DNA of 15,020 bases from positions 1 through 15,020 of the forward strand of contig JBBRBK010000048.1 in the NCBI GenBank assembly GCA_038205935.1. The letters run 5' to 3'. The stretch comes from Campylobacterales bacterium (GTDB taxonomy: Bacteria; Campylobacterota; Campylobacteria; Campylobacterales; Sulfurimonadaceae). Position 1 is the stretch's first letter, and each line of letters begins with the position of its first letter. The position numbers were made by a program, and so were the translations under genes. Below, in pieces: positions 1 through 7,248 of the stretch. Below the pieces are notes generated by a model that saw only the letters and a program-made list of their open reading frames with translations, did no database searches and had not been told where the DNA came from.

Positions 1-1109
1 ATAGGTCCGATAGTAGAACCGCATGCCATATCGCTTATAGTAACAAACATCTGAGTGTGTTCATTCACACTCGCAGCTGCATCTAAAAATTTTGCTATTG
101 TCTCAGATGAAGACGCATAACGCTGGTTTGAGTTTACTTTAACCACGACTCCCTGATTTAATTTAGGAGCATGGAGAGGCTCATGTTTATCCGCATAGTT
201 TGGATGCACTGCATGCGCATTATCCGTGGAGATAAGGAGTGAACTTCTTGCAAATTTTACTTTTTTTTCAGCAGTTAAAAACATTCTCTCTATCACACTT
301 TCTAAAAATGAACCGCCAGCGCCGCCAACACTCACACTTCCAACTTCTTCGTGATCTGAACTAATCATCATCATCGGCTTTTGCGTAGAACAAATCGTGA
401 TAAGGGCGACATAACAGCTTAGAAGATTATCAAGTCTTGCACTTGCGATGAACTCATCATTAAAACCAACATAAGAAGCTTTTTGAGTATCATACAAACT
501 AAGCTCATACGAGAGCACTTCTTGGCAATCATCTATCATCTTAGTTAGTTCACATTTCAGTGAAAAATCCTTACATGTAGAGATAATTGGAGGCAAATGA
601 TTTTGTTCATTGACAGTTTTTGAAATGTTTGCATCGCGATCAAGATGGATCGCTAAAGATGGGATAATCGCCACCGCTTTTTGCATATCAATGATCGCAG
701 ATTTGAGCTTTGCATCAACGCTTTTATAGCTTACACGCCCTGCAATACTGAGATCACGATCAAACCAAGGATTTAAAAGTACACCTCCATAAGTCTCAAC
801 ACCAAGCTGAGTGATTCCATCTTTTTTGATTTCGGCATTTGGTTTGATTTTTAGATTTGGAGAATCCGTATGAGCACCGACTAAAATATACTCAAACCCT
901 TCATAATAATTAAATGCAATTATCGAACTATCAGCTCTGATAATATAGTAACTTTGTCCACCCTGTAAATCAAAACTTTCTTTTTCATCTAGTTTTATAA
1001 AGCCCGCATTTTCGAGCATTCCAGACATATTTAACACCGCATGAAACGGTGTCGGAGAAGCATCCAAAAAACCTAAAAGCGCATCGTTAAAATCATTTTT
1101 TGTCATCAT
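1..1109 (-). CDS. apeB: M18 family (aspartyl) aminopeptidase, 3'-truncated by the window edge
   Basis: Missing from the ORF track because there is no stop in the window; translated by hand. ATG at 1109 with GAGGA SD 7 nt upstream, just after the dnaE stop. Translation MMTKNDFNDALLGFLDASPTPFHAV...GAHTDSPNLKIKP...YGGVLLNPWFDRDLSIAGRV...RLDNLLSC...DHEEVGS...DNAHAVHPNY...CGSTIGP carries the M18 signature motifs. Confidence 0.93.
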   Translation of the reverse strand, partial: MMTKNDFNDALLGFLDASPTPFHAVLNMSGMLENAGFIKLDEKESFDLQGGQSYYIIRADSSIIAFNYYEGFEYILVGAHTDSPNLKIKPNAEIKKDGITQLGVETYGGVLLNPWFDRDLSIAGRVSYKSVDAKLKSAIIDMQKAVAIIPSLAIHLDRDANISKTVNEQNHLPPIISTCKDFSLKCELTKMIDDCQEVLSYELSLYDTQKASYVGFNDEFIASARLDNLLSCYVALITICSTQKPMMMISSDHEEVGSVSVGGAGGSFLESVIERMFLTAEKKVKFARSSLLISTDNAHAVHPNYADKHEPLHAPKLNQGVVVKVNSNQRYASSSETIAKFLDAAASVNEHTQMFVTISDMACGSTIGP

Positions 1110-1123
1110 AATAATTTCCTCTT

Positions 1124-4100
1124 CTATAAAATATTGATAAATTCTAACTGTCGTAATTCTTCTAAAATGCTATTATCTACACCGATGGCCGAGTCGATAA
1201 GTACATTTTGCAGTTTTGAAACAATGCTTAGTTTTAAAGGGCGGCGTCCCGGATGGCGTCTTACAAGCGAATAAAGCTCTTCAAGCTCTTTTGTCGCAGA
1301 GTTGAGATGAATGCTTACATGTAAGAGTTCCTGAGGTTTTTCAACGACAGTTGTTTTTACTTTTTTAGACTCTTTTTTCGCCTCTTTTAGTGTGAGCACT
1401 TTTAAAACAGCTATGCGCGTAAACATCTCTGTGTGTGTTACTTTGACTTTAAAAGCGACTGGTTCTTCTAAGTTCATTGTCTGTAACTCTTCGAGCTTAT
1501 CAGAAAAAAGCATCATCTCGATATTGCCATGGAAGTCCATCAGCGTGACGATACCAAAAGCGTTACCTTTTTTAGAAACCTTTTTTTGTATCTCTTCAAC
1601 TTTTCCTATAAAGATCGCCGTCGAACCATCGCCGATGTTTTCTATCTCCGAAGAGAGTGAATAAGTAAGCTCATCCATCTCCTCGCGGTAAGAATCCAGC
1701 GGATGCCCTGAAACATAAAATCCGAGAGTATTTTTTTCAAACTCTAAAATCTCTTTGAGTTCATACTCATCCGAATTTTTGAGTTCAAGCCGCACTTCTG
1801 TTATCTCAGCATCATCTCCAAAAAGGCTTCCCATTGCATTTTTCTTTGCATCACTTGCTTTTTTGGCAGTTTCTACAAGTAAATCCAACTGATCTAAAAG
1901 TGCTTTTCTTGAAAATCCAAAGCTGTCAAATCCGCCTGCTTTTATAACAGATTCTATAACGCGCTTGTTGACCTTTTGTGGCTCAATGCGGTTGACAAAA
2001 TCCTCCATCGTGGTGAACTCTCCGCCCTCTCTTATGACTTCAAGTATCGTTACAACCGCCGCACTTCCTACGCCTTTGATAGCGCCCAGACCAAAAAGAA
2101 TCATATCTTGGTCATCTTTAGTAATTGCCGAAAACTCCAACTGAGAATGGTTAATATCTGGAGGAGAAAGTGTGATACCCATGTGTTTGACTTCATCGAT
2201 GTACTTGACAACTTTATCTGTATTATCTTTTTCGCTTGTAAGTAAAGCCGCCATAAACTCGTTTGGATAATAACACTTCAGCCACGCTGTTTGAAAAGTG
2301 ATCATCGCATACGCTGCCGAGTGAGATTTGTTAAAACCGTATCCAGCAAACTTTTCGATGATATCAAAGAGTTCAGAAGCTCTTTTATAGTCATATCCCA
2401 GCTTTGCCGCACCGCTTGCGAATTCATCATTATGAGCAGACATATCTTTTTTCTTACCCATCGCACGACGAATAATGTCAGAATATCCAAGAGAAAATCC
2501 ACCAATCGTCTGAACGATTTGCATGACTTGTTCTTGGTAGACGATGACCCCGTAAGTGTTTTTTAGTATTGGTTCCATCGCATCAAAAGTATAAGCAATA
2601 GCCTCACGTCCATGCTTACGCTCAATAAAGCTCTCAAGCATCCCAGATTCCATTGGTCCTGGACGATAGAGTGCGAGAACCGCGACAAGATCCTCAAAAC
2701 TATCAGGTTTGAGACGTTTATTCAAATCTTGCATACCCGATGACTCTATCTGAAACATCCCAATAGTATCGCCGCCACGAATGACATCATAGACCTTTTG
2801 GTCGTTTTCATCTATCTCGTGCCAATCAATCACTTTGTCATATCTAAACTTGATAAGTTTGATAGCATTATCAATAACATCAAGAGTTTTCAGACCCAAG
2901 AAGTCGAACTTGATAAGATCAACATCTTCCAAATAATTAAGAGAGTATTGAGTGATAAAAGTGTCTTCACCTGATGGCTTATAGATCGGTGTTTTTTTCC
3001 AAAGTTCTTCATTTGAGATCACGACACCAGCGGCGTGCATTCCAGAATTTCGCTTGAGACCTTCAAGTTTTTTACTAAACTCCCAAACGCGAGCCACTTG
3101 CGCATCTGTTTCTATCATCTCTACGAGTTTTGGCTCTTTTTGGTACGCACCTTCTATAAACTCACCTTTTTTGCTCTTACCGTTTAGTGTGATACCAAGC
3201 TCATCAGGGATGAGTTTTGCCATCTTATCCGCTTGAGAAAGAGGCATATCAAGAACTCTGGCAACATCTCGGATAACTCCTTTAGCCAAAAGCGAACCAA
3301 AGGTAATGATTTGAGCGACTTGATTGCGCCCATATTTTTGCACCACATAGTCGATGATCTCGCCGCGGCGAGCCTGCATAAAGTCCATATCGATATCGGG
3401 CATGCTTACGCGTTCAGGATTTAAAAATCGCTCAAAAAGCAGATCATATTTCATAGGGTCGATATCGGTAATCTCTAAAGAGTATGCCACCAAACTTCCA
3501 GCCGCAGATCCACGTCCAGGCCCAACAGCGATGCCCATCTCTTTGGCAACTTTTACGAAATCCCAAACGATAAGCATATATCCCGGAAACTTCATAGAGT
3601 TTATGACATCCATCTCAAACTCTAATCTTGCTTTATACTCTTCATGTTTTTCTAGCGCTACATGCACCAAACGCTTCTCTAGTCCATTGCGACAACAGAA
3701 GATAAAATACTCTGCATCATTTTTATCTGCCGCACTTTTCCAAGCTCTTTTTTCATCTTTTGAAGCATCAACTGGTAAAGGTTCATCTTCTGCGTTGTCT
3801 ATGCTCAAGCCATCATTTGTAGAATATTCAGGTGTAAATTTAAAGTTTGGAGGCGTTGGATCGCCGAGTTTAAGTTCTAGCTGACACTTCTCTACGATCT
3901 CTTGCGTATGTTCCAAAGCTTCGGGGATATCAGCAAAAAGACGTGCCATTTGCTCGGGAGATTTCAGGTAAAACTCATGTACTGAGTGACGCATACGGTT
4001 TGGATCATCATAAAGTTTATTCATCCCAATACACATAAATGCTTCGTGATACTGAGCATCGCCAGGGTAAGTATAGTGAGTGTCGTTTGTCGCAACTATT

Positions 4101-4729
4101 TTAATATCTAGTTCTCGTCCAAGACTTAAAACTTGTTCATCTATAAACATCTGATCGCCAATGCCATGGCGCATCATCTCTAAGTAAAAATCATCGCCAA
4201 ACATATCTTTGTATTCTAAGGCCGCTTTTTTTGCACCCTCATATCCAAGCGCACCATTTTTTACGTTACGTTCATTTTGTAAGTTAAGATGCCAATTCAC
4301 TTCACCTTGAAGACATGCGGAGGTACAGATAAGTCCTTCACTATGTTCGCGAAGCTCTTTTTTGTTAATACGCGGAAAGTAGTAAAAACCATCTATAAAA
4401 GCTTTCGATGAAAGATACATAAGGTTTTTATACCCTACTTCGTTTTTTGCAAAAAGACAGACATGAAAACGCTGTTTTGTAGATTTATCACCTATCTCTT
4501 CACCGTTATGGATGTAGCCTTCCATCCCGATGATCGGCTTTAAACCAGCAGCTTTCATCTGATGGTAAAAATCGATAGCACCAAACATATTGCCATGATC
4601 CGTCATAGCGATAGAAGTCATGCCAAGCTCTTTGGCACGTTCTACAAGATTTGATATTTTATTTGCACCATCGAGAAGTGAATATTCTGTATGAAGATGA
4701 AGATGGGTAAATGCGGGTTTTTTGCTCAA
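1124..4729 (-). CDS. dnaE: DNA polymerase III subunit alpha (1201 aa, TTG start)
   Basis: PHP motifs HLHLHTEYSLLDG, TDHGNMFG and TNDTHY; GPGRGSAAGS; catalytic RVSMPDIDMDF; KFDFLGL; FAGYGFNKSHS; C-terminal OB-fold region. Length is typical and no intein-sized insertion is present. Confidence 0.98.
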   Translation of the reverse strand: MSKKPAFTHLHLHTEYSLLDGANKISNLVERAKELGMTSIAMTDHGNMFGAIDFYHQMKAAGLKPIIGMEGYIHNGEEIGDKSTKQRFHVCLFAKNEVGYKNLMYLSSKAFIDGFYYFPRINKKELREHSEGLICTSACLQGEVNWHLNLQNERNVKNGALGYEGAKKAALEYKDMFGDDFYLEMMRHGIGDQMFIDEQVLSLGRELDIKIVATNDTHYTYPGDAQYHEAFMCIGMNKLYDDPNRMRHSVHEFYLKSPEQMARLFADIPEALEHTQEIVEKCQLELKLGDPTPPNFKFTPEYSTNDGLSIDNAEDEPLPVDASKDEKRAWKSAADKNDAEYFIFCCRNGLEKRLVHVALEKHEEYKARLEFEMDVINSMKFPGYMLIVWDFVKVAKEMGIAVGPGRGSAAGSLVAYSLEITDIDPMKYDLLFERFLNPERVSMPDIDMDFMQARRGEIIDYVVQKYGRNQVAQIITFGSLLAKGVIRDVARVLDMPLSQADKMAKLIPDELGITLNGKSKKGEFIEGAYQKEPKLVEMIETDAQVARVWEFSKKLEGLKRNSGMHAAGVVISNEELWKKTPIYKPSGEDTFITQYSLNYLEDVDLIKFDFLGLKTLDVIDNAIKLIKFRYDKVIDWHEIDENDQKVYDVIRGGDTIGMFQIESSGMQDLNKRLKPDSFEDLVAVLALYRPGPMESGMLESFIERKHGREAIAYTFDAMEPILKNTYGVIVYQEQVMQIVQTIGGFSLGYSDIIRRAMGKKKDMSAHNDEFASGAAKLGYDYKRASELFDIIEKFAGYGFNKSHSAAYAMITFQTAWLKCYYPNEFMAALLTSEKDNTDKVVKYIDEVKHMGITLSPPDINHSQLEFSAITKDDQDMILFGLGAIKGVGSAAVVTILEVIREGGEFTTMEDFVNRIEPQKVNKRVIESVIKAGGFDSFGFSRKALLDQLDLLVETAKKASDAKKNAMGSLFGDDAEITEVRLELKNSDEYELKEILEFEKNTLGFYVSGHPLDSYREEMDELTYSLSSEIENIGDGSTAIFIGKVEEIQKKVSKKGNAFGIVTLMDFHGNIEMMLFSDKLEELQTMNLEEPVAFKVKVTHTEMFTRIAVLKVLTLKEAKKESKKVKTTVVEKPQELLHVSIHLNSATKELEELYSLVRRHPGRRPLKLSIVSKLQNVLIDSAIGVDNSILEELRQLEFINIL

Positions 4730-4762
4730 AATAGCTGCCTATAAAAAAAGATAAATTACTTT

Positions 4763-4768
4763 ATTATA
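4763..4768 (-). promoter_or_regulatory. Candidate sigma70 -10 box (TATAAT) for dnaE-apeB
   Basis: Perfect TATAAT on the minus strand 33 nt upstream of the dnaE TTG, in an AT-rich spacer. A second TATAAT lies at 4841-4846. No clear -35, which is normal for Campylobacterota, but the AT-rich context makes chance matches likely. Confidence 0.45.
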
Positions 4769-4867
4769 GTGTTTTGTTGATAAAAATCAGGTTTAACTAG
4801 AATAGTTCAGCGAACATGAAAGCTATATTTTACTAGAAGTATTATATTTTACATTCTTCTTAATAAT

Positions 4868-4903
4868 TTAATGTTGATCTTTAGAGTATTCAAATATTTT
4901 CAT
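4868..4903 (-). other. 11-codon small ORF or gene remnant (MKIFEYSKDQH*) with strong SD
   Basis: GAGGAG at 4911-4916 overlaps the TAG stop of the upstream kinase, followed by a 7-nt spacer, ATG at 4903 and TAA at 4868-4870. Confidence 0.3.
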
Positions 4904-4915
4904 CTTATTGCTCCT

Positions 4916-7246
4916 CTACGAAATATTTTTCTTAATCATCAGTTGAAAAGTAGTACCACTACCCTCAATCGAAGTTAACAATATCTCAATTCCCATATCA
5001 TCACACATCCTTTTTGCAAGGCCAAGTCCAAGTCCTGTCCCGTTATCAGTGTTATTGACCTGCATAAAAGGTTCAAATACTGTTTTTTGTTTATCAGTAG
5101 GAATTCCTTTACCTGTGTCTTCTACTTCGATGATTATCATCTCATCTTGAACGTAACTTCTTAATTCTACTTTACCTTTGTTTGTAAACTTTATCGCATT
5201 TGAAAGCAGGTTTAGTATCACTTGCAGTAATCTTCTTGAGTCTACTAAAGCTACTAAAGGGCTTACATGTAACTCCAAATTGAACTTTACATCTGTCCCA
5301 TTTAGCAGTGAATAGGTATTATTATATGCCATTTGAAGGGTTTGATTGACATCTATTTTTTCTAGCTTATAATCCATTTTTCCCGCTTCTATTTTAGTAA
5401 ATTCTAGCAAGTCGTTGATAAGTTGTAAAAGATGTCTTGAGTTAACTATTACTCTATGTAAAAAATTCTTTGTATCTGTTTGCAACTCTTTATCTTCGAG
5501 CATATCATCAAAATCTTCTATAGCCTGATCTGTAAAATTAATAATCGCATTGAGCGGAGTACGAAGTTCATGCGAGATACCGCTGATAAAGTTTGATCTT
5601 GCCTGGGCTGCTTGAAGGGCAGATTCTTTTGCGCTTCTCAGTTGAGTATTGAGAATATTCAAATCAGCTATATTTCTCTCTAAGATTTCATTTGAATGTT
5701 GCAACTCTAGTGTCTTATCCTCCACTCTTTTTTCGAGAGTGGCATTCAATGTTCGTAAATCATGCTCCATATTTTTGATGATCGTCATATCTCTAGCAAC
5801 TACCACAAGCCCTTTTAGATTCCCATCTTGATCATAAAATGGACTTTTTTTCACTTGAAGGATTACAAAACTGCCATCCTCTTTTTCAAATTTTTCCTCT
5901 GTGATAATAGTTTTGTTCTGCTCCATCACCATTTTGTCAATTTTAATATGCGAGTTGGCAATATCAAGTGGATACAACTCTTGATCTGTCTTACCTACGA
6001 TCTGGTCTAGAGTTTTCAAACTCCATTTCTCATATGCACTATTGCATCCAATATATCTTAATTCCTCATCTTTAAAAAATATCATGTCATCAGCAGCATT
6101 TATGATATTTCTTAAAAGTTCTTCATTATATTTGTATTTATCTACAGTTTTACGCAATATTTTCGAACTTGACTTGAAGGCATTGCATATCATATCAACT
6201 TCATATCCCATATTTTTAAACCCTGTCGCATCAAAATCAGATACAAGATCAAATTTGCTGACAGCTTGGGATATTCTTGTCAAAGGTCTTGACAATAAAT
6301 AGGTCAAAATCCAGCTTCCTATGATGAGTATCAATATAAGTAAAATGATCCCACCGATGATTATTCTGTCATATACACCATCCAAAGATGATAAAAATTT
6401 CTCTTTAGAAAAATCGATGACGATTGTCCAATCCAGCTTAGTAACAGGGATAAGCAGTACATACCTATCTTCATTTTTCAATCTGTATTTAACTAAATTT
6501 TGATGATTCTTTTGTGCAGATAAAATCGATGAAATCTTATCTGCTGGTAAATTTGATTTAAAAAGTGATACATGAGACAATTTTGGATTGTTCGATATTC
6601 CCTCAATCATATTTGAACTCTCTAAGATCATTACATCTGCACTATTTTTGTTGAAATCTTCTAATGCCATTTTATAAATATTACCGATATTCACCCCACA
6701 ACCTGCGAGACCTATAGGATTGTTAACCTCGCCAATAACTGCATCAGACCAGATATGCAAACTCCCCGTAATATCACTGTCTGCGTTTATTAAAAATCTT
6801 TTTTTACTCTTTAGTGTATTTAAAAACCATTGATTATCTTTATGAGATGTATCTACGACCTGCACAAAACCATTTTCATTAAAATAGTTTCTACTTGATT
6901 TTTCGGCTATATAAATTGTATCCAAATGATAAAGTTGCTTCATATCAAACAGCTTCTTTTTCATCTCATCTGATATCTTGCCATTTTTTGCATCGCTACT
7001 TTCAACAAACTTTTTTATAGTCTGTGAATTAGCAATTGTAAGCCCATTTTGTTCTGTTTTAGAGAGAATATTTTCCATTTTAAGGTTATAGATTTTTTTA
7101 AGATGATGTACCTGTTGGTTTACAAAAATATCTTCAATAACCGTTCTTAGGTATGTTTGTGTTATCGCTAAAGTCATACCGACTACTACTACTGAAGTAA
7201 TAACAAGGGGTAACATCATTTTAAATACTATAGAATTCATTTTCAT
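4916..7246 (-). CDS. Membrane sensor histidine kinase: TM - Cache-like periplasmic domain - TM - HAMP - PAS - coiled coil - HisKA - HATPase_c (776 aa, no receiver)
   Basis: Two hydrophobic segments (MLPLVITSVVVVGMTLAI; IIIGGIILLILILIIGSWILTYLL) flank ~270 aa. HAMP-like SRPLTRIS...EVDMICNAF; PAS IFFKDEELRYIGCNSAY...IVGKTD...GLVVVARDMT; H-box SHELRTPLNAI; N-box NLLSNAIKFT; DTGKGI; VFEPF; GTGLGL. The Cache assignment rests on size and topology and is less certain. Confidence 0.92.
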   Translation of the reverse strand: MKMNSIVFKMMLPLVITSVVVVGMTLAITQTYLRTVIEDIFVNQQVHHLKKIYNLKMENILSKTEQNGLTIANSQTIKKFVESSDAKNGKISDEMKKKLFDMKQLYHLDTIYIAEKSSRNYFNENGFVQVVDTSHKDNQWFLNTLKSKKRFLINADSDITGSLHIWSDAVIGEVNNPIGLAGCGVNIGNIYKMALEDFNKNSADVMILESSNMIEGISNNPKLSHVSLFKSNLPADKISSILSAQKNHQNLVKYRLKNEDRYVLLIPVTKLDWTIVIDFSKEKFLSSLDGVYDRIIIGGIILLILILIIGSWILTYLLSRPLTRISQAVSKFDLVSDFDATGFKNMGYEVDMICNAFKSSSKILRKTVDKYKYNEELLRNIINAADDMIFFKDEELRYIGCNSAYEKWSLKTLDQIVGKTDQELYPLDIANSHIKIDKMVMEQNKTIITEEKFEKEDGSFVILQVKKSPFYDQDGNLKGLVVVARDMTIIKNMEHDLRTLNATLEKRVEDKTLELQHSNEILERNIADLNILNTQLRSAKESALQAAQARSNFISGISHELRTPLNAIINFTDQAIEDFDDMLEDKELQTDTKNFLHRVIVNSRHLLQLINDLLEFTKIEAGKMDYKLEKIDVNQTLQMAYNNTYSLLNGTDVKFNLELHVSPLVALVDSRRLLQVILNLLSNAIKFTNKGKVELRSYVQDEMIIIEVEDTGKGIPTDKQKTVFEPFMQVNNTDNGTGLGLGLAKRMCDDMGIEILLTSIEGSGTTFQLMIKKNIS
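4935..5737. repeat. Direct repeat copy A (kinase transmitter-coding region), paired with 7268-8070
   Basis: Manual ungapped alignment at offset 2333 gives 39 mismatches in 803 bp (~95% identity); the longest identical run is 5316-5449. Confidence 0.97.
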
Positions 7247-7248
7247 TT

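Noticed and set aside
1124..4729. Intein or split in dnaE
   Set aside because: The ORF is continuous at normal length, with no C/S...HN splice motifs or LAGLIDADG blocks at the usual DnaE insertion sites.
4795..4816. Short inverted repeats in the spacer (AACTA-gaa-TAGTT; GTTC-agc-GAAC) as a terminator
   Set aside because: Stems are only 4-5 bp with no adjacent U-tract; too weak to call.
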